A stretch of DNA of 63,786 bases, counting the filler, from Octopus bimaculoides (lineage: Eukaryota), in assembly GCF_001194135.2 (NCBI RefSeq). It is 4 parts of 4 records of this genome, joined end to end, with 100 filler letters (N's around TTAATTAATTAA, not from the genome) between each part and the next. Parts side by side here need not be neighbours in the genome. Positions count along the whole stretch, not along the records: positions 15,798 to 26,508 come from NC_069010.1; positions 26,609 to 46,225 come from NC_069002.1; 2 more parts are not named here. The stretch is one strand, 5' to 3'. Both the position numbers and the translations under genes were made by a program. Every line of letters begins with the position of its first letter. Position 1 is the first letter of the stretch. The notes below the pieces were generated by a model that had not been told where the DNA came from, did not search any database, and saw only the letters and a list, made by a program, of their open reading frames with translations. Of this stretch, positions 23,169-34,254 are shown piece after piece.

Positions 23169-23480
23169 NNNNNNNNNNATTTATTATAAAAAAAAATAGG
23201 AGAGACAACGGCGACCGGATGTTGTCTAGTGTCTGCAAAACAAATTTGTGAGACACTCCGCCAAAAGTCACCGGTATCCAGGGGAAAGACAACTTCGCCG
23301 AGTACCTCAACAGTCGTTCAATTGTTTGTATATATACACACTCTCTCATAGCAAGTAAGTTATTCTATACTTTGTTCTAATCGCTTCTATTTCGTATAGA
23401 GTTCTTGCTTGTGTGCGTATGGTGTTGTCATAAAGTTTTGTTTATAGTAATCAACTTTACCTTTCAGTATCAGCCCAGGT
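22430..23480. promoter_or_regulatory. Candidate bidirectional promoter between TMEM260 and SUPT7L
   Basis: Divergent gene starts; CpG-enriched patches; ACCGGATGT (ETS-like) and CCGCCAAAA (E2F-like) motifs; plus-strand donors gcaa|gtaagt (23355) and CAG|gtaacc (23479). Confidence 0.55.
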
Positions 23481-24288
23481 AACCGGCAAGTTTAGGATCG
23501 GATATGCTCCGGTTTTTCTTTCGGATCTTATATGCTCCGGTTTTTCAAAAAACAATCTGAATTTATACATAAAGTATAAAATTAACTAGGAAAAAGTAAT
23601 AAATTAGGTGATCTACCGTAAGATCGCCAAGAATTGAATTGTATTTAACAGATTCAAATCAATACACTTTTAATCGATTTAAAATGCTTACAAGATATCG
23701 TTCTGTTCCATTATAGACAGCTTAATGTTTATAGGATGAAAACTGAGCGAGAATAAAGAACATGATTTTATCTAATCGATACAGGTACAAATTAATGCAA
23801 TTCTAAAGTAGAGTGTGTTTAATTTTTATCAATCAATTTAAAAGAACAAAACTAAGTTTAATGCAATCTAATGCAAATTGACCGACTTTAAAAACGGGGT
23901 CTTTGTACTCGGTTTTGGCATGGTTTTTACCGCAGGATGCCCTTCCAAATGCCAACCACTTTATAGTGTGGATTGGATGCTTTTTACGAGGCACCAGCAC
24001 AGCGTATGCACACACACAATATATACGCGTGTGTGTGTATATGTATGTATGTACAGATACTCTATATATTTAAATGTGTGTGTGTGTGTGTATACTACAT
24101 ATCATCATCATCGTTTAACGTCTGTCTTCCATGCTGGCATGGGTTGGACTTGGACGGTTCGACTGGGGTCTGGGAAGCCAATATATATATTTATATCACA
24201 GGTCCACACATTTATTTAACATCTTATTTCTCTCTCTCTCTCTTCCAGGCATCTTAGTTCCTTATTACTACTTCTACAAGAACACAGA

Positions 24289-24443
24289 ATGACGTCCCAC
24301 TGGGGGGATATGCCCGCAGTGGGGGACACTGATTCAGCATTTGCTAAAATGGAACGAGACCAACTGACCAAACGTCGACCAATGGAAATTCAAGGCCCAC
24401 GACTCTATCAGACATTCAGCAAGCAGTATTCTACTTCCACCAA
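24289..24443 (+). CDS. SUPT7L: STAGA/SAGA subunit SUPT7L (STAF65-gamma), first coding exon (exon starts at 24249)
   Basis: tctcttccag| acceptor, AA|gtaaga donor; MTSHWGDMP...RPMEIQGPRLYQ versus human RYWGEIP...RLVEVHDPPLHQ. Confidence 0.85.
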
Positions 24444-24556
24444 GTAAGAGTGCCAGTTCTTATCTGATTCTCTTTGATAGTTGCATATCATCATCATCAT
24501 CATCATCGTTTAACGTCCGCTTTCCATGCTAGCATGGGTTGGACGATTTGACTTGG

Positions 24557-24848
24557 GAAATTAATGTGCACTCCACAGACACGTGTACCCTTAACGTAGT
24601 TCTCTGGATATATTCAGCGTGACACAGAGTGTGACAAGGCTGACCCTTTGAATTACAAGCACAAAAGAAACAGGAATTAAGAGTGAAAAGTGTACAGCAG
24701 GGGTTCGCCACCATCCCCTGCCGGAGCCTCGTGGAGCTTTTAGGTGTTTTCGGCTCAATAAACACTCACAACGCCCGGTCTGGGAATCGAAACCGCGATC
24801 CTATGACTGCGAGTCTGCTGCCCGAACCACTGGGCCATTGCGCCTCCA
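24557..24848 (-). mobile_element. tRNA-derived SINE family D, 3' end truncated by an RTE-tail insertion at 24483-24556
   Basis: Head ggaggcgcaatggcccagtgg (box A) ... gtttcgattcc (box B); homologous to 60950-61337. Confidence 0.9.
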
Positions 24849-24980
24849 CTTTACACTGATAACCAACACAGATTTTGACAGTTATTTCTAGCTGGTCTAG
24901 TCACTGGTTCCTCTTGTAGTGTTGTTGATGTCGATGTTGTTGTTGATGTTGTAATTGTAGTGTTGTTGATGTACTTTCAG

Positions 24981-25067
24981 ACTCCAAAGAATCGTGTCTA
25001 GAGCTGATGACCGACATAGTCCAAGAATATTACAGTCGCATTATGAAACGCATCATGAAAATATACA
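24981..25067 (+). CDS. SUPT7L: Candidate SUPT7L cassette exon (87 nt, phase 2-2)
   Basis: gtactttcag|...|gtatgt; open frame LQRIVSRADDRHSPRILQSHYETHHENI; no recalled counterpart in the human protein. Confidence 0.55.
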
Positions 25068-25119
25068 GTATGTGTAATTAGCATGTAATCCACATTTAGT
25101 GTTGCCTTTATACTTTCAG

Positions 25120-25240
25120 GCCAGCTCCTCAGGAAAAATTCCAGATTGATCCATTGACCCTACATACCATACGTCTGCTTCAACACATTCGTAAGATGAA
25201 GAACCTCATACAACAAGTGACTGCCCAACATGAAAATGCT
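25120..25240 (+). CDS. SUPT7L: SUPT7L coding exon, phase 2-0
   Basis: tactttcag|...|gttagt; DPLTLHTIRLLQHIRKMKNLI versus human SLTIHTIQLIQHNRRLRNLI. Confidence 0.9.
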
Positions 25241-25291
25241 GTTAGTATCTTTGACCGTTTTTTCGTAAAATGATTCTACATTTACTCTTTT

Positions 25292-25502
25292 ACTCTTTTA
25301 CTTGTTTCAGTCATTTGACTGCGGCCATACTGGAGCACCGCCTTTTAGTCGAGGAAATCGACCCCCAGGACTTATTCTTTGTAAGCCTAGTACTTATTCT
25401 ATCGGTCTCTTTTTGCCGAACCGCTAAGTTACGGGGACGTAAACACACCAGCATCGGTTGTCAAGCGATGTTGGGGGGACAAACACAGACACACAAACAT
25501 AT

Positions 25503-25543
<41 letters not shown>

Positions 25544-25860
25544 NNNNNNNNNNNNNNNNNNNNNNNNNNNNNNNNNNNNNNNNNNNNNNNNNNNNNNNNN
25601 NNNNNNNNNNNNNNNNNNNNNNNNNNNNNNNNNNNNNNNNNNNNNNNNNNNNNNNNNNNNNNNNNNNNNNNNNNNNNGTGGTTGGTAAGCAAGCTACTTA
25701 CCACACAGCCACTCCTACGCCTATACATATATACGACGGGCTTCTTTCAGTTTCCGTCTACCAAATCCACTCACAAGGCTTTAGTCGGCTCGAGGCTATA
25801 GTAGAAGACACTTGCCCAAGGGTGCCACGCAGTGGGACTGAACCTGGAACCATGAGCCAC
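25292..25860 (-). mobile_element. tRNA-derived SINE family B with internal microsatellite (gap inside)
   Basis: Reverse complement of the full copy at 58684-59073. Confidence 0.9.
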
Positions 25861-25932
25861 TCCTGCGCATTATGATATGATTTCTCTAATTGAAAATTTT
25901 ATATTATGTATTCATTGTTTGGTATTTTGCAG

Positions 25933-26048
25933 AAACCTGATGCCGAGTTGACGTTTCCTCCTCCTTTACCAATTCCAGAATATACTGGGCCAGACACCAA
26001 ACCGAAAATGACAAAACCATTTTCTCATATGCCTTACACCCGCGAGAG
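25933..26048 (+). CDS. SUPT7L: SUPT7L coding exon, phase 0-2 (last one recognisable)
   Basis: tattttgcag|...AG|gtaggt; KPDAELTFPPPLPIPE...KPFSHMPYTRE aligns with the Pro-rich PPLP...APFQ...PES segment preceding the histone fold. Confidence 0.8.
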
Positions 26049-26077
26049 GTAGGTAATCATCACCATCATCATCATTG

Positions 26078-26108
<31 letters not shown>

Positions 26109-26327
26109 TATTATCAGTACTTTCATCGTTTTTGTCATCACCGTCATCACTACTGTCATCATTATCATCATTGTCGTGATCAGGGCCAAATTAAGACCCA
26201 TCGAGGCCCTAAGCACTTAAAAGATTTTGGTGCCCCCCATAAAAGATTATGTAATTCAAAATATAAACAATAACAAACCATAAAATAAGTTTTTATTGCG
26301 AAAGCGAAATTGGGATAGCACCTGTGC

Positions 26328-26508
26328 CCGTGACATGTGTGAGGATTTTCGAGTGAGATCGTTGCCAGTGCCCCTGGACTGGCTCTTGTGTGGGTGGCAC
26401 ATAAAATACACCATTTTGAGCGTGGCCATTGCCAGTACCTCCTGACTAGCCCTCGTGCGGGTGACACGTAAAAGCACCCACTACACTCTCTGAGTGGTTG
26501 GCGTTAGG
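26328..26508 (+). mobile_element. Young RTE 3' UTR fragment cut by a scaffold join
   Basis: Hairpin units and gtaaaagcacccactacactctctgagtggttggcgttagg. Confidence 0.88.
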
Positions 26509-26608
26509 NNNNNNNNNNNNNNNNNNNNNNNNNNNNNNNNNNNNNNNNNNNNTTAATTAATTAANNNNNNNNNNNNNNNNNNNNNNNNNNNNNNNNNNNN
26601 NNNNNNNN
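26509..26608. other. Artificial scaffold linker 44N + TTAATTAATTAA + 44N
   Basis: Same 100-nt structure as 15698. Confidence 0.97.
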
Positions 26609-27278
26609 ACCACCACCACTACCACTTCCACTGACATCCACACCGCCGTTACCACCATCGCCAGCACGAGCGCCAGTGGTTTCATTACAACGTCCAATAA
26701 CAACAGTTAACAGCAAAAACAACCAAAGCCACATCCCAATGCTGGATGTTCAAGAACTAGATGAAGGGTAAATTTTCTATCCCGGAATCATCCTGATTCC
26801 AAAAACGTATAATATGTCTATGCAGAACAAATTTAGACTGATGTACAGGGGTTCCAGACAGACAGACAGAATTTCGCGTTTATTAATATGGATATATCTG
26901 TGCGTGTGTATGTGTATATACATATATATGCTTCTATGTATGTATGTATGCGTTATATATGTATGTATGAATATGCATACACAGCCATTTATGCATTATA
27001 CGTAATGAACATACATCGTGAACGGCAAATTTACTACTGACGAATAATGGGGTAAATTTAACTTTCATGGCTTACATTAATTATGATACACAGATGGCTA
27101 CTTTAATCTAGTACAGCTTCCGTTGCATGTGACGGCTATATGTATGTACATATGTAAATACGTGTGTATATATATGTGTGTGTCTGTATGTATATGCATA
27201 CATACACGCACATATGTAATAGGTATTTTGATTGAAAATGTCCACATTAGCTGAGAGCATAGAAATTTGAGAAGAAAT

Positions 27279-27394
27279 ATATCAAGGATTTTGTAACAGC
27301 TCTAGGGTGAAACCTTTACACGGAGCAAATGAAAACTTAATTTACGTCAATCGCAGATCTAATCACCCTAGAGCTGTTATAAAATCCTTGATAT
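27279..27394. mobile_element. 116-bp inverted-repeat element (mini-MITE-like)
   Basis: 32-bp arms 27279-27310 and 27363-27394 with one mismatch, 52-nt spacer, TA near both outer ends. Confidence 0.7.
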
Positions 27395-27427
27395 GTAAAT
27401 ATGTGTGTGCGTGCGCGTGTATATCCG

Positions 27428-27460
<33 letters not shown>

Positions 27461-27918
27461 GCATACACGCGCGCGCACGTGTATGTATACATATGTATGC
27501 ATGCATATAGATAAATATAAAACCATACAAAGACGCACATGCTCGTACATTTTACTTTAATCCCTTATAATTCTCGGCATGTCTCTGAAGAGAATTTATG
27601 AAACAATCAGCAAAAGGGATCCGAAGAAAATACGCATTTTATTTATTTATTTTTCTATTTTGATTCTTTGAATGAACTCATTATCATAGCATTGCTTAAT
27701 TATTTAATGATTTTTTAAATAATAATGAGATAGACAGCAGATTGACGTCATTGAAAGATTGCATTTTAATTTAAATAGTTAATAGTTAATAGTTAAATTT
27801 AAATTAAATAGTTAATAGTTAAATAGTTAATAACACTATATTGAATGGAGAATCACACTGGACACAATGTTTTCATATAGGTCTGTCCTCATCAGTCCTA
27901 TTGCTTGTTAACCTACGT

Positions 27919-28044
27919 GACGTCATATACACTGGTGCTTTAGCCAACACAAGCAGTGACCACGGCATATACACTGGGGCTTTGGCCAAAACAAACAGTG
28001 ACCACGACATATACACTGGTTGTTTAGCCAAAACAAACGATAAC
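27919..28044. repeat. 42-bp tandem repeat, 3 copies
   Basis: Units at 27919, 27961 and 28003 share catatacactgg...tt(a/g)gccaa.acaa.c. Confidence 0.92.
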
Positions 28045-28659
28045 TATAACTCCCGACCATAGAAAACTTGAATTCTTCATAAACAATCAAATAGCGCAAA
28101 AATAAGAACACGTCTTGTGGAAGAGTTTTCAACTGTTTCTTTATGTTTTAGAGATAGTTGTTGTTCTTCTTGATGTTATTGTTCTTTCATTTGTATTATT
28201 TCTGCACGTATTTTCTTTTTGACGTTTTTCGAATACTTAACCGCATTTTTATTAAAAAAAGATTTCGTTTTAATTATGCCGTTGTCGCTGTCGTGGATGT
28301 TGTTGTTGCTGTTGCTGTTGCTGCTGTTGTAGGTGCTGATGTGAAATATATTGTTGTTATTCTTGTCTTGATTCTGTTTTCCTCACTATGCGTATTTGAA
28401 AGTTTACTTCAGAGATAGATCGAGCTGGCGAAACATCCCGAGTCGACGATGACGCGTTAACGTAATCACTCCCTTGCAAGGCTAAAAGTAGCAGTTAAAT
28501 ACCCCATAAAAAATTACCCCTTACCGTTTTAAGAGACAAAGAATATATCGCATAATGCAACTTAGACTTTAGTTATCCTAAACAAGATAAGATGGATGGC
28601 CATAACTCAACTGCACTTGATCACAGATAATTCTGTTCAACCACAGAATATATATGATT

Positions 28660-29010
28660 AGCAAGGGGCCGAGCTGGCAGAATCGTTACCGAGGTCGAAT
28701 TTGCCTTTCCTCCTTCCAGGTCGATAAAATAAGTACCAGATGAGCAGAGGGTTCGATTTAATCTATTTAACCACCCACTCACCCCCACTAAAAGCTGCTG
28801 GCCTTGTGCCAAAATTTGAAACCAATCCGTGTAATCATCAAGGCGGTGAGCTGGCAGAAACGTTAGCATGCCGGACAAAATGCTTAATGGCATTTGGTCC
28901 ATCTTTCGCTCTGATTTCAAATTGCCTGTGGGGGGAGGGGTCGAGGTAATCTACTTACCCCTCCCTCAAAATTGCTGACTTTGTGCCAAAATTTGAAACC
29001 AGTATTTATA
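28660..29010 (+). mobile_element. Two partial tandem copies of SINE family C
   Basis: gagctggcagaa(t/a)cgtta heads, gtcgataaaataagtaccag core, ggccttgtgccaaaatttgaaacc tails. Confidence 0.8.
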
Positions 29011-30280
29011 CCCGCTTTATCCTCCACTTTTAAGTGGGTATAAATATATATGTACATGTACATTCACATTTACTGAGAGAGGGAGAGAGAAAGAGAGAGA
29101 GAGAGAAAGAGAGAGAGAGAGGAGGAGAGAGGAGAGAGAGAGAGAGAGAGAGTGAGAGAGAGAGAGAGGGAGAGAGGGTAGAGAGAGAGAGAGAAAGGAG
29201 GAACTTAAATGATGTTCCAAAAGGACAAAATTTAAAATTACTCTTGGAGGTGATTCGAACTCAGGACCAAACGGAAAGAGCTCTAACAAACCGTAAAAAG
29301 AGAAGACACAACAGAAGGAAGTGGGGGGAATAGCCTAAACAAACGCTAACGATTTTGCTAATCGCCATAATTCTGAAACTTTATATTATTTTCAAAGTTT
29401 AGTTTTCCATCCAATGAACTTTCAACCTTTTACTAAGGCGAAGTACATCCCAACACTTCTCTGAACTTTGTTCTACATCATAGCAATTTTTTTTTTTACC
29501 AAAACACGAATCTTATTTCTAATCCTAGAAACTGAGATAAAACTCAATCTTTCAAATCAACCCACAGAATATAATGTCGAGGAAACATTAAGCAATTCCT
29601 AAAACAGTAGCACCTCGCCATAATTCTAATCCTAATGGAAACTTTACACCAAATCTAGAATTTAATCGTCCACGAAACAACAAATCTAGAAAAACTTAGT
29701 CAAAACCTTAAGCTTAACGTTTGCATTCTGCTTAATGTTTTTCGTTTATAACATAGTATTTTGTAGAGAGAAATATTATTCATGACTGGCTTCTAACTTG
29801 CCAAGCAAAAGGGACACCGCAGGAACCGCATAGGAATAGGGACAAGTTGAGGGATTAAATTTATTGTTAACAATCAAAAATAATTCATCAGCAAGTTTCT
29901 CATTGATGTGTGTGTGTGTGAGTGAATAAACGAAAGGGCGCTCAACACATTTATTGAGAGTTACATGTGTTATCCAAAACAGTTTATTTCGGATTCCTTG
30001 CTACTTCAAGTTTCGAAGCCCTTAACGGAGCCTATATATATATATCGCTTATCCTTTACTTATTCCAGTCAGTGGACTGCGGCAAGTTGGAAAGCAGAGC
30101 ATCATCCAATTGAAGTTAGATGTAGTAGAGTCTTTGGAAACAGTGTGAGGCGATGATTGTTTTTGCTAGTCTTAACTCGTTGTAAAGCAAATACCAGCCT
30201 GAGTGGTATCCAGACTACGGTGGAGAAAGCAAGCCACGGGATCAGGTGAAAAAGAAACGATGAACAATGTCAAGAAAATT

Positions 30281-30495
30281 ATTCTTTTCTACTCTAGGCA
30301 CAAGGCCCGACATTTTAGGGGAGGGGCCCAGTCGATTAGATCGACCCTAGTGCGCAACTGGTACTTAATTTATCGTCCCGGAAAGGATGAAAGGTAAAGT
30401 CGACCTCGGCGGAATTTGAACTCAGAACGTACAGACAGACGAAATACCACTAAGCATTTCGCCCGGCGTGCTAAAGATACTGCCAGATCGCCGCC
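30281..30495 (-). mobile_element. SINE family C, near full-length
   Basis: Reverse complement: ggcggcgatctggcag...gttctgagttcaaattccgccgaggtcgac...cctttcatcctttccgggacgataaattaagtaccag...ggccttgtgcctagagtagaaaagaat. Confidence 0.88.
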
Positions 30496-30509
30496 TTTGC
30501 CAAGAAAAA

Positions 30510-30655
30510 AAAATATTGAGTGAAGTCTAATAGCCTGTTGATCTAGCAAGCGGGGCTTCATGTCAGTGAAGTGGGGGAGGTGGGCGGTGCGCAGTAATAC
30601 CGTTGGGAGAAAGGCCCCCCGAAACGGTGCGCATTTTGTCCTGGTGACCCATAAG
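30510..30655 (-). repeat. Unclassified GC-rich dispersed repeat (second copy at 60505-60655, plus strand)
   Basis: Its reverse complement aligns colinearly with 60505-60655, e.g. gtcaccagga..aatgcgc.ccgtttcgg and tcactga.atgaggccc.gcttgctagatcaac. Confidence 0.8.
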
Positions 30656-30881
30656 ANNNNNNNNNNNNNNNNNNNNNNNNNNNNNNNNNNNNNNNNNNNN
30701 NNNNNNNNNNNNNNNNNNNNTTTGCAAATAATATATATGTGGGGTGGGGGTGCGGGGTCATGTGTGTGTGCGTGTGCGTGCATGTGTGTGTGTGTGTGTG
30801 TGTGTGTGTTTCTGTCTACCAAACTCATTCACAAGGCTTTGGTAGGCTCGAGGCTATAGTACAAGACACTTGCCTAAGTTG

Positions 30882-30916
<35 letters not shown>

Positions 30917-31806
30917 TATGTGTGTGCTTGCATGTATGTATGGATATATGTGTGTGTGTGTGTATGTGTGTGTTGTGTGTGTGTGTGCGTATCTTTCGTC
31001 AGCACACTCATAAATTACACGGATTTGTATGTAGCCGTGCGTATGGTGCTCATGTGCGTGTGAATGTCCTTCTGTAACTGGTAACTAGACATAGAGGAGC
31101 CTCACAATGCTCAATTTCATTTGTGTAATCCAGTGTCTTCTAACCTAGACGATAGTGCCCGTTGGGGGCGTTGTGAGCCCACAACGGGCGCTGGTTGGGT
31201 ACTGGGTGTTTGGAGCGCTTGTGATTTATGTTAAGATTATAATGTGCAAACCAGGTAAAAGTATCTCAATTTTGAACTCGTAGAATACGAGATTTTGGTA
31301 CTGACAGTTACAGGAAAATTTTCATTCAAGATGATTAAATGTATGTATGTGTTATGTACGTGTGTATAAATGTGTGTGTGTATGTATATCATTGTTCAGT
31401 TTTATTTGAAGATTTCTAACCAATAGAGAAAGTGCTGGTTTCCAACCTAGATCCAAGGCTCGTTCATTGGAATTTCAACAACAATAATAACAACAACAGG
31501 ACATTAGTGTATGTAATACAGAATGTGAAATACAGGTACTACTTATTTTTGCCGGCTGAGTGGACTGAAGCAACGTGTAATAAAGGGTCTTGCTCAAGGA
31601 TACAACGCGCGACTGGGAATCGAACGCACGACTTCGCAATCGTGAGTCAAATACTCCCTAACCACCAAACCATACACCTTTGTATGTATGAATATGCTTA
31701 GATTTGTATGTTTTGTCTTGAGTATGTATTCTCATGGTAAGTTTTACATGTATGGATGTATGTAGGTACAGAGAGGGAGAGAGAGAGAAAGAGAGAGGGA
31801 GAAAGA

Positions 31807-31852
<46 letters not shown>

Positions 31853-31987
31853 NNNNNNNNNNGTCGAAAGAAATTTGGTTCCGGGTTTCGTTCCACTGTG
31901 TGGCATTTTGGGCAAGTGTCTCCTGCTACGGCCTTGTGAAAGAAGCCCCTCGTGTACGCACACACACACGCGCACACACACACACAC

Positions 31988-32031
<44 letters not shown>

Positions 32032-32268
32032 ACACACACACATAGTAGATGAAGGAAACGGAAGGTGTATTTAGCATGAATCTTTAAAGATTCGTACTAA
32101 ATCCCTGTTCCGTTTCCTTCATCAACTATAAACTCAACAAACACTGCGGATTTCCAGACGTAGACCCAGCGAAAATTATATTGTTACTATGGATGACCTC
32201 AGGTAGAACAAACGAGGAATTTGCTTTAATCGACATACGAATAAACATATATCCAGAGTCCAATATAC

Positions 32269-32330
<62 letters not shown>

Positions 32331-34254
32331 ATCTTTTACTCTTTTAATTGTCTCAGTCATCTGACTGCGGCCATGCTGGAGCACCGCCTTTAGTCGAGCA
32401 AATTGACCCCCGGACTTATTCTTTGGAAACCTAGTACTTATTCTATCGGTCGCTTTTGCCGAACCGCTAATTTATGGGGACGTAAACACACCAGCATCGG
32501 TTGTCAAGCGATGGTAGTGGGGACAAACACAGACACAAAACACACAGACATGAATAAATAAATAATTAAATTATTTGGGATGCAAGCTTCTTTATTTCAT
32601 TAAAATTCGCCATTGGGGGCGTTACAGAGAGGGGACAAACAAGGACAGACAAACATAAGGGGGAAGAAGCTTAAATGTTTTTTTTTTAAATTTTACAAGT
32701 TACGAATAGATTAAAATATGATTAAAATTGATTTAAAAATTAATTTTAAAATATTACACAAGAAATCATTGCGCTTCGCAATGAGGTAGCTAGAAGGAAG
32801 GCAACCGACCATCCTGGTAGAACCTTTGCTTCCCAAATTGACCTCACTTATTTGGTGCCAATCTCACTCAGCTTGCGCTCCACAGACTTCCAGGGATGCA
32901 AGCATCTTACCACACAGCCATACCTGTTTCTTAACTCATGATTAGGTCTTTCCTATTGCCTTTTATTTTCTTTTTAAGCAGGCTGTGATCTGAGGAAGGT
33001 TTAGCTGTTATTTCTTTGATAATGGCTAAACGGACTGAGATTCACCGTAGGATGTTTGTAAGATCCGGGTTTAAATAGGTTCGTATCCTAACCTACATGT
33101 GCTTCTAAGAAATCATATATACTTTGTCCTTCCCACGCTGGTTTTAGTGTTTATGCGTGGGTGTGATTGTGTGGATGTATGTACTTATGTGTGTGTGCAT
33201 GTATGTATGTGTGCTGTGTGTGTGTGTGTGTGTGCATGTGTATGCGTTTTTGTGCGTGTGTGCTTGTGTGAGTGTCCATGTTTCTATAGTGTATGTGTGT
33301 GCGGTGTACATATGCGTGTACACTGTGTGTATGCATGTGTGTGCTTGTGGGCTTGTGCGTGTGTCTGTGCGTGCATCTAAACGATTCTATGCGCGTGTGT
33401 GTATGTGTGTGTGTGTGTGTGTGTGTATGTGTGTGTGTATCTGTGTGTGTGTGTGTGTGTGTATAAATGATGGTGTGAATGTGTGTGAGGTCACAACAAT
33501 ATTTAGGAAGATGACCTTTCTGCTGATAAAAATCCACACACACACATACACACGCACACACACACACGCACACACACACACACACACACTCATACACACA
33601 AGATAACAAAATAATATAAATATAAATAAAATAAGAATAGTAAAACAAAACAAATAAAAGGTAAGTATTTCCCACCCCGGATATAATTTAGATATTTGGT
33701 GACCGGCGAACAAGGAAGCAACACTTGGTTATATTATTTGGAAAGGGTTAATGTTCTTCGGTTGGACTTTTGAATCAAAGATCGCATTTGCAGATATAGA
33801 GAAATGAAAGTTGACCTTTAGAATAACGGGTATGAAACGGGTACATTTTCGAATGTTTGTCACCGATGCTATGATGGTGATTATGAGTCAGAACAGCGAA
33901 CGTCAGTAGCGGCTTCGCCACCACCACCACCACCGCCACCGCCGCCGCCGCTGCTGTCCCCTGTAACAATCATTCCCCACCATCACCGACACCGAGTAGT
34001 GTCGCTGTCACATAACATGGAGGCATGAATCTCTGGGCATTTTGCATACACATGTATGAACATGTGAATCTATGTATGCGTGAGTTAAGTGAGTATGTAT
34101 GAATGCAAACAAATCGGTTTTTTTTGTGTGTGTATGTCGCTGCATGTGTGTGTGTGTATACATTCTTACACGCGCACACACACACACACATGCTGTATGC
34201 ATGTATGTGTGAATGTGTGTGTGTGTGTGCGTGCATGTGTGTATGTGTGTGCAT

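Noticed and set aside
22967-23340. Duplicated promoter segment between TMEM260 and SUPT7L
   Set aside because: Identical copies on either side of a 10-N gap; an assembly artefact, so the true intergenic distance is about 200 bp shorter.
24780-24848. tRNA genes at Pol III box A/B motifs (also 58684, 61260, 34860)
   Set aside because: Each continues into a SINE body and lacks a complete cloverleaf and a T-run terminator.
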